Below are positions 12,004 to 25,795 of a stretch of 64,000 nt of DNA, piece after piece. The position numbers and the translations under genes are program-made. The notes beneath the pieces are model-generated. The model made no database searches. It had not been told where the DNA came from and worked only from the letters and a program-made list of their open reading frames with translations. Positions within the stretch are counted from its first letter, which is position 1. Every line of letters starts with the position of its first letter. Source of the DNA: Persephonella sp. (lineage in GTDB: Bacteria > Aquificota > Aquificia > Aquificales > Hydrogenothermaceae); NCBI GenBank assembly GCA_030949555.1, contig JAUZSJ010000005.1, positions 917-64,916 on the forward strand, read 5' to 3'.

Positions 12004-12007
12004 AAAC

Positions 12008-12565
12008 TCAGTAATCTATTCCTCTTTTTGCTTTTACTCCCTTCTGGAACGGATGTTTAATCTCCTTCATCTCTGTAACTAAGTCTGCTATCTCTATAAG
12101 CCACTGGGGACAGTGTCTTCCTGTAAGTATAAAATCTGGTACTTACTTTCCCTGTTGTTCAAAATGATAGACTTTATCTTTTCTTCAGAAATCAGTCTGT
12201 AATGAAGAGCAACGCATATCTCGTCCAGTATAACTATCTGATACTTCTCAGATTTAACAGCATTTTTCAGATACTCTATTCCTTCCTCTGCAAGTCTGTA
12301 ATCTGTCTCAGAGAATGGTTTAAATCCCATCTTTATCAGCTCTGGTTTTTTCTGTAGCTTTTCTTCAGGCAGGTAGGAATCCTCTCTTCCAAAGCTAACA
12401 ACATCAAAACCTTTTATGGAGGAAAGAACAACATATTCCGATGAAAGTTCCTTTACTTTCATAAACTGTATCATCAGAACATTCTTTCCTGCTCCAACTG
12501 CCCTTACACCTGTTCCCACTGCCGCAGTAGTTTTTTGCCTTTTCCGTTTCCTGTAAACACATAAA

Positions 12566-12569
<4 letters not shown>
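12008..12569 (-). CDS. cobO: Cob(I)alamin adenosyltransferase CobO/BtuR (frameshifted)
   Basis: [27 protein letters not shown]; ILDEI; [17 protein letters not shown]. Confidence 0.92.
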
Positions 12570-15120
<2,551 letters not shown>

Positions 15121-15229
15121 TTTTGTATTCCCCGCACTTTTATTATCTAAATTTCGTTTTTTTCTTTTCACGCTTCAAGGTAGAAAAATAATTTCATATG
15201 TTTAAAATTTAATAGAAAAAGGAAAAATC

Positions 15230-15919
15230 ATGGGTTTTAAGAAAGTTTTATACAGGAAAAAGATAAAAGAACTTCCAGAAGAGCTTCTTCCCCGGGAAAA
15301 GGCATTAAAATACGGTATAGAATCCCTCTCTGATGTTGAGCTGCTTGCCCTTTTGCTTGGTCAGGGAACAAAGGAGATGAATGTTTTAGGGCTTGCTGAC
15401 AGAATTCTTCAGGGGAAGTCTTTAGAAAATCTGAAGAGTATAAAGTTAGAAGACCTGCTGAAAATAAAGGGTGTAGGAAAGGCAAAAAGCTCTTCAAATA
15501 ATTGCAATATCTGAAATACTTAAAAGGGTTGAAGAGGGAGAAGAAAAACTGTCCTTCAGCAGTCCTGAAGATGTTTATAAACATACAAAATGGCTTGCAA
15601 AGAGAAACAGGAAAAGATGGTAGCCCTTTACACAAATACTATGAACCAGCTTCTTGGGGAAGAGGTTGTGGCAGTTGGCTCTGTAAACGTTGTAAATGTA
15701 AAGCCGAGGGACATTTTTGGACCTGCCCTTCGTTACAACGCCTATGGCATTATATTGGTTCACAACCATCCAGAAGGAAAGTGTGAACCTTCTAAGGAAG
15801 ATATCTCTTTTACACAGATGATTAAAAATCTCAGCATCCAGATGGGTTTTGAGCTGTTAGACCACATAATTATTTGCAAAAAAAGTTATTTTTCCTTTGC
15901 ATCCCACAGAATAAACTGA
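15230..15919 (+). CDS. radC: RadC (JAB domain) protein (frameshifted)
   Basis: PREKALKYG..LSDVELLA, IKGVGKAK, HNHPEG..PSKED..LLDHII. Confidence 0.92.
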
Positions 15920-15922
15920 TAT

Positions 15923-16378
15923 TTAATTCCTTTTCAGAGCGGCCATTAAAACTGCTTCACACACTACCTGACCGTCAACCTTCGCCACTGCCTTTATCTT
16001 TCCCATACTTTTTTTTATGTTTATCCCTTCAATCTCAAATATTATCTGGTCTCCGGGAACAACAGGCTTTCTGAATTTTGCACTGTCTATACCTGCAAAA
16101 AGGACAGTAAAGTTTCCCTCTACCCCTTCCTTCCTTGCTTTTTTTATCATCAGATATGCACCAGCCTGTGCCATTGCTTCAACAATTAAAACTCCGGGCA
16201 TCACAGGAAATTCTGGAAAATGACCGTTAAAAAACTGTTCGTTTACTGTAACATTTTTCAGGGCTTTTACTTTCAGGTTTTCTATATCAAGCTCTAAAAT
16301 TCTATCTATCAGGAGAAATGGATATCTGTGAGGGAGAACCTTTTTTATCTCTAAAATGTCCTGAAAGTCAGCAGACAT
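15923..16378 (-). CDS. fabZ: 3-hydroxyacyl-ACP dehydratase
   Basis: LPHRYPFLLID, FNGHFP..PVMPGVLIVEAMAQ, FRKPVVPGD. Confidence 0.97.
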   Translation of the reverse strand: MSADFQDILEIKKVLPHRYPFLLIDRILELDIENLKVKALKNVTVNEQFFNGHFPEFPVMPGVLIVEAMAQAGAYLMIKKARKEGVEGNFTVLFAGIDSAKFRKPVVPGDQIIFEIEGINIKKSMGKIKAVAKVDGQVVCEAVLMAALKRN

Positions 16379-16430
16379 GAAAACCCTCCTGATTTTTCTT
16401 ACTATTATATCATCTATAATCACAGAATTT

Positions 16431-17285
16431 TTACAGCCACACGTCAAGTATCACAAATACCATATACAGAATACTTACGTATCCATTAACTGTGAAAAAT
16501 GCCACATTAATTTTTGACAGGTCATCCTCTTTTATAAGAGAGTGTTCATATATAATAAATCCTGTCAGAACAACAAGACCAGCATAGTATATGTACCCTA
16601 AGTCTCCGTAATAACCTGTAAGAATGAGGAAAACAAAGGTGAGAATGTGGAAAAATCTTGCAAAGAGAATAGCCCTTTTTACCCCATATTTTGCAGGAAT
16701 TGAGTGAACGCCAGCTTTTCTGTCAAACTCTATATCCTGCAGGGCATAAAATATATCAAATCCAGCAACCCAGAAAGCCATCCCGAGACCTAAAAAAACT
16801 GTTGAAAGCTCTACAGTTCCCTTCAGTGCCACAGAAACGGCAATAGGGATAATAAAATAAACAGCTCCCAGCAGTAGATGAACAAAGTTTGTGAAACGTT
16901 TTCCAAGGGGATAGATAATAAGCAAAAACAGTGCAACAGGGGAAAGATAAAAGGCAAGCCTGTTTAGCTGGTAAGCAGAAAATACTAAAACGGCAGATGA
17001 TATTAATGCCAGAACTAAAATCTCTACTGCCTTTACAGCACCTGTGACAGATACCCAGTTTTTTGTTCTGGGATTTAGCCTGTCAAATGGCAGGTCAAAA
17101 AATCTGTTAAATGCCATTCCTGCAGTTCTTCCGGCAACTGCTGCTATAACTATCCATAATATTTTATCCACTGGAGGGATGCCCTTTTCTACAATAAAGA
17201 CAGATGCAAATACAAATGGCAGCGCAAATATTGTGTGTTCAAATTTTATAAGCTGAGCATACAGTTTAATTTTCTGTATCAACAA
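16431..17285 (-). CDS. UbiA-family polyprenyltransferase (MqnP-like)
   Basis: IKFEHTIFALPF, MAFNR..D..DRLNPRT, FDIFYALQD..FD. Confidence 0.9.
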   Translation of the reverse strand: MLIQKIKLYAQLIKFEHTIFALPFVFASVFIVEKGIPPVDKILWIVIAAVAGRTAGMAFNRFFDLPFDRLNPRTKNWVSVTGAVKAVEILVLALISSAVLVFSAYQLNRLAFYLSPVALFLLIIYPLGKRFTNFVHLLLGAVYFIIPIAVSVALKGTVELSTVFLGLGMAFWVAGFDIFYALQDIEFDRKAGVHSIPAKYGVKRAILFARFFHILTFVFLILTGYYGDLGYIYYAGLVVLTGFIIYEHSLIKEDDLSKINVAFFTVNGYVSILYMVFVILDVWL

Positions 17286-18067
17286 TTTTCACCCTGTCAG
17301 GTATTTCCATCAGATTGTGAACAATTATATCAATAAAATCCTTATCTTTAGCCTCTTCTTCTTTATACTTTCCAGTTGTTACAAAAATCGTTTTCAATCC
17401 AAGTGTTTTATAACCTTTAAGGTCAACATATATGTCGTCACTTATCATTGCAACTCCTTCTTTTTTCCCTAACCGGTCAAAAACAACCCTGTTATACTCC
17501 ACACCCATTTTGCCAAAATGTTTAAAGTCCTGATTACACTGACATGCCTGTGAGAACATCCTTGCTACAGTTCCAACACCGGGGAAAAGGAGACCGTCGT
17601 CATCCTTTGAAACAATGTTGTTGTTCAGAGCATAAAGCTTCGCACTGTAAACTTTCAGGGCTGTTGTTCCCACTTTCATTTTGTGAAAATTAAACTCCTT
17701 ATCAAGACCTATCAGAACGCCGTCAACCTCTGGACTGTCCACTACTTCAAAGCCTCTTACCCTTAAAAATTTTTTCAGATTTTCAGAGCCTATCACAAAT
17801 AATCTTTTTATACTTTCTTTCTGAAGCACTTCCGGAGCTACCACAAGAGGGGATATAATTTCATTTATCTCAATGTTGAAACCGTTATCCCTCAGTTTCT
17901 TTTGTATCTCTTCAGGAGAAAATCGGGAATTACTGGTTGCTATAACAAAAGGTGTTTTATTTTCTCTTCAGAAAATTTATAAACTGGACTGCTCCATCAA
18001 TAGGAGTAAAATTTTCGTCTTTTGTGAGGACCCCATCAAGGTCAATTAAAAATCCTTTTATTTCCAT
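17266..18067 (-). CDS. HAD-IIA (NagD-like) hydrolase (frameshifted)
   Basis: FLIDLDGVL motif I; ISDDIYVDL..G..TIFVTTGK. Confidence 0.85.
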
Positions 18068-18157
18068 AAAAGTATTATAATTACTTTCACCACATTTTCA
18101 CAAGGTAGTTTTAGTATTAAAGTTATAATTTATTATTAATTGCTGGAGGATTTATCA

Positions 18158-19574
18158 ATGAAACGATACGCCTATATTTTAGCTTTGCTTTTGTTAATGC
18201 TAAATCTCAGTTTTGCAACCTCCTTAATGCAGCAGATTGAACAGGAAAGGATTCAGCTTGTTGACAGGGTATCTCGGGGGTGGCAACAATTTTTACAATC
18301 AGGGAGGTGAAGGTTGTTAATCCTTTTGCAGGAAGTCCTTTTGGGGAGTTTTTTGGTATTCCTAATGTGCCGGAGTTCAAGGAGAGGCAGGAAGGACTTG
18401 GCTCTGGTTTTATTGTAAAGATAGATGAAAAAAAGAAACTGGTTTATCTTCTGACGAACAACCATGTTGTTGAAAATGCCCAGAACATAAAGGTTCAGTT
18501 TAAAAATGGCATTGTGCTGGACGGAAAAATTGTTGGAACAGATAAACTCAGTGACATTGCAGTGATAGCTGTTCCTTTTAAAGAGGGGATACAGGAGTAT
18601 GCAAAAAAACACAGGCTCAAATTGGGAGATTCAGACAGCCTGAAGCCGGGTATGACGGTGATTGCAATAGGTAGTCCTTTAGGTCTGACTGGAACAGTAA
18701 CTATGGGTATTATTTCTGCATTAGACAGGGAACTTCCAGGACATCCGGGAGAAGGATTTATACAGACAGATGCTGCAATCAACCCGGGAAACTCAGGAGG
18801 ACCCCTTATCAATCTTAAAGGAGAGGTTGTTGGAATAAACACAGCCATAATTGCGGGAGCACAGGGATTAGGATTTGCTGCTCCTGTAAGTCAGGCAACA
18901 TGGTTATGGAGCAGATTTTAAAAAGTATGGAAAGGTAAAGAGAAGCAAAATAGGGGTTATTATACAGCCGCTAACTCCAGAGCTTGCAAAACATTTTGGT
19001 GTTAAAAAAGGTGTGTTAGTGTCTCAGGTTATGAAAGACGGTCCTGCAGCAAAAGCGGGTATTAAATCTGGAGACATTATTGTTGCAGTTAATGACAAGC
19101 CTGTCTCAAAAATTTCACAGCTCCAGAAATACGTAATGAGAAATCCGCCAGGGACAAAGATAAAGATTACTATCGTCAGAAATGGACAGAAAAAGGATAT
19201 TTTTGTAACCACCACATCATGGGATGGAGAAGAGGTTACCCCTGCAAACATGCAGGATATGGAAGCTAAATACGGTATTATAGTGAAAGATATAAACTCC
19301 AGACCTTGTGGAAAGATACAGAGTCACCCAAAGTGCCTTATGGTGTGTTTGTTCTTGGCGTAAAATACGGTTCTGTGGCAGAAGAGGCGTAGGTGTCAGA
19401 AGTGGAGATGTTATACTTACAATAAACAGGAAGCCTGTAAGGTCAGCAAAGGATTTCTGGAAAGCAATAAGAAAGGCAGAAAAACAGGGTAAAGATTCAG
19501 TACTGCTGTTCATCCAGAGAGGAAGCTCAAGGATATTTACAGTTATGCCTGTTTTAAAACAGGGAGAAAAATAA
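18158..19574 (+). CDS. htrA: DegP/HtrA (Do-family) periplasmic serine protease (frameshifted)
   Basis: Signal peptide, LTNNHVV, DIAV, QTDAAINPGNSGG, two PDZ domains. Confidence 0.93.
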
Positions 19575-19604
19575 AATCTCCCCCACCCTGGGGGATTTTC
19601 TTTT
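19572..19604 (+). terminator. Rho-independent terminator after htrA
   Basis: AAAATCTCCCCC-loop-GGGGGATTTT followed by T-rich tail. Confidence 0.6.
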
Positions 19605-19617
19605 ATAATACTTCTTT

Positions 19618-20256
19618 ATGATAGGACTGTACGGTGGAAGCTTTGACCCGGTTCATATAGGTCATCTCCGAATAGCTGAAGATATAAGGGAGTCTTACAG
19701 GCTGGATAAGGTTGTTTTTATTCCTGCTTATCACTCCCCTCTGAAGAGAAAAAGCAGGGCTCCAGCTGAAGATAGACTGCATATGCTAAAACTCAGCATA
19801 CAAAACAATTCATTTTTTGAAATTGATGACATAGAGATAAAAAGGAAAGGCAAATCATACAACTTCTGTGGATACTATAAAACATTACACCAAAGTTCTG
19901 AGTTATGTTCCTGTAAGTTTATTGTGGGAACCAGGGATGCTTTTCAACACTTCACAGATGGAAAAAGCCTGAAGAGCTTGATAGACCTTACCAACTTTAT
20001 TGTTATAGGAAGAGGAGAAAATACATATAAAGATGTGGAAAACTACCTCATTAAAAACTTCCCTTATATGAAACTTTCAAGAACTAACCATATAAACTGG
20101 AAAACCTCTTCCCGTGTTTACTTTTTTGATAGTCGCAGAATAGATGTATCCTCTACAGAGATAAGACGGAGGATAAAAACAGGAAAATCCATAAAATACC
20201 TTGTCCTTCCAGATGTAGAAAAATATATTTTATTAAAAAAACTGTACAGAGGCTGA
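19618..20256 (+). CDS. nadD: Nicotinate-nucleotide adenylyltransferase (internal compensating errors)
   Basis: GGSFDPVHIGH, VSSTEIR. Confidence 0.93.
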   Translation: MIGLYGGSFDPVHIGHLRIAEDIRESYRLDKVVFIPAYHSPLKRKSRAPAEDRLHMLKLSIQNNSFFEIDDIEIKRKGKSYNFCGYYKTLHQSSELCSCKFIVGTRDAFQHFTDGKSLKSLIDLTNFIVIGRGENTYKDVENYLIKNFPYMKLSRTNHINWKTSSRVYFFDSRRIDVSSTEIRRRIKTGKSIKYLVLPDVEKYILLKKLYRG

Positions 20257-20258
20257 AA

Positions 20259-20537
20259 ATGGCAGTAGGATTTGAGACAGAAGTAGAAAAAAAAGTGGAA
20301 ATAGGTATTCCTGCAAAGGTTATTGTTTATAACGATGACTGGCATACCTTTGATGAGGTGACATACCAGATTATGAAAGCAACCAAATGCGACCTTCAGA
20401 CAGCTGAAGCCCTTACCTGGGAAATTCATACAAAAGGTAAAGCTGTTGTTTTTGAAGGGGATTTAGAGGAGGCACTATGTGTCCAGAATGTCCTTGTGAA
20501 GATGTTAGACCTCTTCTGTAGAAGTGGGTCGTGCTAA
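20259..20537 (+). CDS. clpS: Clp protease adaptor ClpS
   Basis: VIVYNDDWHTFDEV...EIHTKGKAVV. Confidence 0.8.
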   Translation: MAVGFETEVEKKVEIGIPAKVIVYNDDWHTFDEVTYQIMKATKCDLQTAEALTWEIHTKGKAVVFEGDLEEALCVQNVLVKMLDLFCRSGSC

Positions 20538-20563
20538 AAAACCCGCCATAGGGAGTCGCTAAA

Positions 20564-20687
20564 CTAATGAGCTTTTTTGACTAATCTGTTAAATTGCAGA
20601 CCTAAAACAACAAACCTGATCAGCTGAATAAAGATGTTTTTCCGGCATCTCCACAATCTCTTTCCATCATCTCTCCCTTGTAGCCAT
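20564..20687 (-). CDS. Small (~40 aa) protein directly downstream of sqr (one probable indel)
   Basis: GGAGG RBS then ATG GCT ACA AGG; C-terminal frame DDGKRLWRCRKNIFIQLIRFVVLGLQFNRLVKKAH*. Confidence 0.6.
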
Positions 20688-20709
20688 ATCTAAACCCTCC
20701 TGATTTTTC

Positions 20710-22134
20710 TTAAGGTATCAGTTTCCATCCAGGTTTAGCCTGGAGTTTGTAGAGGAATGCGTGGTGCAGGAAGTATTTAAACCATGCACCTGCAAGACCA
20801 ATCTCTGCCACACAGTTATCTAAATCTCTTCCGTATTCAGGGAATGCTGCCCTGTTCCTTGCCACAGGATATATTGCTATAGTAACAGCTTCTCCTGTTG
20901 TGAGGCTGTGCTTCAGTGATGCTACGCAAAGTCCCGGTGTTTCCGCCATTGATGCTGTGTGTGAAGGCTCTCTACCCTCAATCATATCAACAATGTTCAG
21001 AGCTGCTGCCTTACCTGAAAGTTCTGCAGTATAACCTGTCCTTGGAGGAGCAGGTGCAATAGGTGTTCCGTCTGGAGCCTGTGAAGGTCTTGATAGTGGT
21101 CCTGGAGGAGCAAATGCAATACCTGCAGCAAACACATTTTTGTAAGTTGGGTTCTGATAGGTTCTTGGCCAGTCTGGGCCGTCTAACTCATCATAAGGTT
21201 TTCCGTAAACAGCATCAACCTTAACAAATCCTGCAGGATTACAGATTTTGTCTGTAATATCATTTCCGTCTTTGTCTATCCATTTTATAGGCTGTGCTTT
21301 AAACTGTGGAATAAGCATCGCAAAATCATATTCTATCTCGTTTTCATTTCCATCAACATCTATTGTGTATATCTTTTTCTCATCAACCTTTTTAACAGCA
21401 GACTTTATCTGGTATTTTATGCCATACTTTTCAAATAAGAACTCGAGAACTTCTTCGCCTTTAAAAATCTGACCTCCATGCTTAAACTCAAGTCCATCAA
21501 TTCCAAAATCTCCAAGAGCAGGTTCATTTGACACCCACAGTATTTCAGCCCTATCTCTCAAACCTCTATCAACAAGGTCATTATGAACATTGGATATGTA
21601 TTCAAAAGCAGCACCCTGACATGTTGCAGCTCCGTGTCCTGTTCCAATAACAATTTTCACTTTATCCCCTTTCTCCATTCTGCTTACTAAGTCAAGATAA
21701 GCAGAAGCTGCCTTTGTTGCGTGGGGAGGTGTGCATATAGAATGTGTAAACCCTTTATCTGGTCCAAGTCCCGGAGTTCCCTCAAAATTCAGATACGGAC
21801 CTGTAGCCATAAGCAGGTAATCATAACTGACCTGCTGTGTGCTTCCGTCTGGTCTTTCAACAACAACGTACTGCTCATCAGGATGAACTTCTGTGGCAGC
21901 ACCGTGGACAAAATTGATACCTAACTTGTTGTAAACAGGCTCAAGGTCAAACTGGACGTCTTCAGACTTCATCTTTGCAATTCCAACCCATACTAAGGAA
22001 GGAATGTAGGTAAACTTTGGAACACGGCTGACAACGGTAATTTCATGACTGCCCTTACCTTTAAGGGCATCAGCTAAAATTAATGCTGCGTAATGTCCTG
22101 CAAATCCTGCCCCTACAACCACTACCTTCGCCAT
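20710..22134 (-). CDS. sqr: Sulfide:quinone oxidoreductase, type IV (SqrD-like)
   Basis: GAGFAG FAD motif, SICT, GTGHGAATCQGAAFEY, AAGIAFAPP, PPRTG, GLAGAW; intact 474 aa. Confidence 0.92.
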   Translation of the reverse strand: MAKVVVVGAGFAGHYAALILADALKGKGSHEITVVSRVPKFTYIPSLVWVGIAKMKSEDVQFDLEPVYNKLGINFVHGAATEVHPDEQYVVVERPDGSTQQVSYDYLLMATGPYLNFEGTPGLGPDKGFTHSICTPPHATKAASAYLDLVSRMEKGDKVKIVIGTGHGAATCQGAAFEYISNVHNDLVDRGLRDRAEILWVSNEPALGDFGIDGLEFKHGGQIFKGEEVLEFLFEKYGIKYQIKSAVKKVDEKKIYTIDVDGNENEIEYDFAMLIPQFKAQPIKWIDKDGNDITDKICNPAGFVKVDAVYGKPYDELDGPDWPRTYQNPTYKNVFAAGIAFAPPGPLSRPSQAPDGTPIAPAPPRTGYTAELSGKAAALNIVDMIEGREPSHTASMAETPGLCVASLKHSLTTGEAVTIAIYPVARNRAAFPEYGRDLDNCVAEIGLAGAWFKYFLHHAFLYKLQAKPGWKLIP

Positions 22135-22354
22135 AATAAATCCTCCATTGAATTGTTAAGATTTTTAAAAATTATAAACTTATTCGAATATTAAATAAAA
22201 TGATTCAGGTTAACAAAATTAAGTTTAAAGCTAAAAAACTGAGTTAACAATAACTAACCAATATAGTTAAACATTTTTAAATCTGTAAACATCTAATTAC
22301 AGATAGTGTAAAAACGATGTTATGTCAATAACTTATAAAAATTAATAACTTTCC

Positions 22355-22381
22355 TAAAAAATTAAAAATCTACTCCGATAA
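22355..22381 (+). promoter_or_regulatory. Sigma28 promoter of flagellin
   Basis: TAAA-N15-TCCGATAA, about 40 bp before ATG. Confidence 0.85.
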
Positions 22382-22419
22382 TAAAACTCAAAATAAAACA
22401 AAGTCGGAGGTAGTTAGCC

Positions 22420-23937
22420 ATGGCACTCAGAATCAATTACAACTTTCAGGCAGAGTTCACCCACGTGAACATTGTAAAAACAGAAAGAAACCTGAATACT
22501 TCTTTAGAGAGACTTGCTACAGGTTACAGAATCAACTCTGCAAAGGATGATGCCGCTGGTCTTTTTATTGCAGACCAGTTGAACTTAGTTGCAAAAGCAC
22601 TTGACCAGGGTTCAAGAAATGCACAGGACGGAATTTCAGCTGCACAGATAGCTGAAGCTTCCCTTTCCCAGATTTATGAAAAACTGACAGACATGTATAC
22701 TAAAGCCCAGCAGGCAGCTACAGATACGAACGATGCCAACGCAAGACTTGCTCTCCAGAGAGACATTCAAAAATTAGTAGATGCTATTGACAGAATTTCA
22801 GCAGCTGCAGAATTTAACGGGATTAAACTGTTAGATGGAACTTTCCAGAATAAGGTAATCCACTACGGTGCAAGAGCCGACCAGACATTATCTATATCTA
22901 TAGACAGTGCAAGAGCTGCTGACCTTGGAGCTTATGTAGTAAGTGGAACGGGATCTAATGTAAGTTATGCAGCTGGTCTTACAACCAGTATTCCAGCGAC
23001 AGAATATGAATTTGCAACTACTGAGACAATAAACATAGCAGGAGTTACACTCACTCCCACAGCCAATGAGATAACAGATGCAAAAAGGATAGCAGACTTT
23101 GTAAATGGAAACGCAACTCTGCAGGAACTTGGTATAGAAGCGACTGCCAAAAATAAAAGTGTTGCAGCACAAACATGGAATAATATATCTGTTGCTACTG
23201 GAGATACCGTCACTATAAATTTCTTTGTCGGTCCAGAACAGGCTGTAGACTTTTTATAACTTATAATGCTGGGGAGGTAATTACATTAGACGACCTTGTA
23301 AGTAAAATTAACTCTCAGGCTTCAGCTACTGGTTTAAGCCTTAGGGCCAGTGCAGTTGACAACAAACTTGTTTTAGAAACAGATGGTGAGACAATAGGTA
23401 TAGAGATAGTAAAGACAGGAACAGGAACTACAACAACAATAGACTTAAACAGATTTATGCAGGTTGATACTAATCAATCAGATTGCATCAGGTACCGCAA
23501 GTACAGTATCAGGATTAAAAGTTGGAAGTCTTGACATACTTGGGCCAGATAGCTATAACTATGACCTGTCAGGAATTTCAGGTGGATTGGGAGTTACAAC
23601 AGCTACAGGTTCTGCAACAATGCATAATCTAAATGCTTTGGATGTTACAGACAATGCCTCTGCAGAGCTTGCTATGAAAGTTATAAACACGACTATCAAG
23701 AAAGTTGATTCTCTCCGTTCTGCCCTGGGTTCTATACAGATTAACCTGCAGGCCATCATAGATAACAATGACTTCTCTGCTACCCAGACAAGAGAGGCTG
23801 AATCTCGTATCAGAAACGTTGATTTTGCAAAAGAGATGTCCAACTTCACAAAACAGCAAACACTGATGCAGTCTGGTATGGCGATGCTGGCTCAGGCGAA
23901 TCAGCTTCCACAGCTCGTTCTCCAGCTTCTCAGATAG
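22420..23937 (+). CDS. flaA: Flagellin (frameshifted)
   Basis: LERLATGYRINSAKDDAAGL; AESRIRNVDFAKEM..AMLAQANQLPQLVLQLLR. Confidence 0.96.
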
Positions 23938-23944
23938 TAGTTTC

Positions 23945-24003
23945 AGGGGGAGTTTTCCCCCTCCTCTTTAAAGGCTCCTCCTTGTCAGGAGCTTTTAAAG
24001 GGG
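23945..24003 (+). terminator. Two tandem hairpins between flagellin and flaG
   Basis: AGGGGGA-GTTT-TCCCCCT and CTTTAAAGGCTCCT-N7-AGGAGCTTTTAAAG. Confidence 0.7.
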
Positions 24004-24033
24004 TAAATTTAAAAATAAAACGGGGTTGAAGCC

Positions 24034-24408
24034 ATGGATGTAAAAGCAATAACAGGAACACAGGCAGGTATTAATATGAATGCTCAGAATGTTGATGCTC
24101 TTGATAAAACCCAGATGCAAAAGCTCCAGACTCAAAAGCAGGCTCAGAAAGAACAGCTTCAGGCTGAAAATATAAAAGATGTTCCTCAGGAGGTTATAAA
24201 ACAGGCTGTGGAAAACCTGAACAAAAAGTTAGATATGCTCAACTCACAGTTAAAGGTTGAATTTGATAAAGATACAGGAATAAAGGTTATAAAAATAGTT
24301 GACAAAGATACGAAAGAGGTAATAAGACAGATACCTCCTGAGGTGATTTTGAAGATAGCAAAGTATCTGGACGAGGTTACAGGATTGTTATTCAGTGAAA
24401 AAGTGTAG
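24034..24408 (+). CDS. flaG: Flagellar protein FlaG
   Basis: IVDKDTKEVIRQIPPE..GLLF. Confidence 0.93.
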   Translation: MDVKAITGTQAGINMNAQNVDALDKTQMQKLQTQKQAQKEQLQAENIKDVPQEVIKQAVENLNKKLDMLNSQLKVEFDKDTGIKVIKIVDKDTKEVIRQIPPEVILKIAKYLDEVTGLLFSEKV

Positions 24409-24417
24409 GAGATTACA

Positions 24418-25773
24418 ATGGCTGGAGAGTTCTATATAAGCGGCATTTCAGGTTCAGGATTTGATTATCAGGCTTATTTAGCCAAATATCAGGAACTGAA
24501 GATGATTCCTGTTAAGATGCTTCAGGCAGACCAGACAAGGTTAATGGCAAAGCAGGAAGCGATAAATTCTATAAAAAGCAAGTTAGACGCATTCCTTGAC
24601 CCGCTCACAGCTCTGCAGGAAGAATCTATATACAACACAAAAAAAGCAGACCTTTCCAATCCAGATGTAGCCTCTGTTTCTGTTACACAAGATGCTTTAG
24701 AAACTTCTTACACACTACAGGTTAATCCAGCTTGCACAGGCTAACTCTTTTAAGGTTGGAACTATCAATACAATTTCTGATATTAATGCAAAAATAACTG
24801 TAGCTGGCAGTTTAACAATAAATTATTTAAAAGATGGTGTATCTTCCTCTCTTACGATAGATTACCAGAACAAATCCCTTAAAGAGATTATGGATGAAAT
24901 TAACCAATCAGAAGACCTGCAGGCTTCCATCGTTAACATGGGAAGCTCTTCCTCTCCTGACTACCAGCTGATTGTTATGTCTAAAAACACAGGAGTGGAC
25001 AACCGTATAACAGGTATAGACGATACATCCAATCCGGGGAGATGACACTGCTGGAGTATTCAGTGAAGATGCTGCAAAAACATACGAGACAGTCTCTGCT
25101 CAGGATGCACAGATAGTTCTGAATGGAATAACATTCAACTCTTCCACCAACACTTTTGACAACATAATAACAGGTGTCAGCATAACTGTTAAAGATGTAG
25201 GAACAACAGACATAACTATAACTCAGGATACTGGAAGTATAAAGAGTGAATTAGAAAAAATAATAGATGGATATAACCAGCTACTCCAGACGGTACAGAA
25301 AGCTACAGGGAAAGATGCTCCTTTGGCAGGGGAAAGCAGCCTTAACACAATGGTTTCATCAATCTTCAGACTCATATCAGATGGATTGGGCAGATACGGT
25401 ATTATAGATACTGCCAGTGATGATGCTGAAACCACAAAAGGTCTTCTGAAAATAAACAGTGATGCTTTTAATGAGTTTATAAAAATCCCTGAGGCAAAAA
25501 CAGTTTTACAGGAACTTTGCAAATAGCTTTAGAAAACTACGTTAATACTTACACAGACAATGTGTCAAGAATAAGCACAGGTTATGACAACAGAATAAGG
25601 GATATAGATGAAAGAATCAGGTAGAATGACTGTTAACATAAATAAAGAGATAGAAAACATGAGGATGGGGAAGTTTGCAAGACTTGGAGGTTTATCTGTC
25701 TGAAATGCAGTCTCTACAGCTGAGGATACAGAACTTTGTTGCAAGGACTTCAGCTAGACAGCCAGCAAAATAA
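24418..25773 (+). CDS. fliD: Flagellar filament cap protein (several frameshifts)
   Basis: ISGISGSGFD N-terminus, LIVMSKNTG, AQDAQIVLNGI..SSTNT; position between flaG and fliS. Confidence 0.9.
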
Positions 25774-25795
25774 CAAACCAAAAAGGAGATGTAAG

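Noticed and set aside
15121-15229. Cobalamin riboswitch or NrdR box upstream of nrdJ
   Set aside because: Short AT-rich spacer with no B12-box or NrdR consensus visible
15230-15919. radC as a mobile-element or anti-restriction marker
   Set aside because: Full-length chromosomal type with N-terminal HhH region among housekeeping genes; no integrase or transposase nearby
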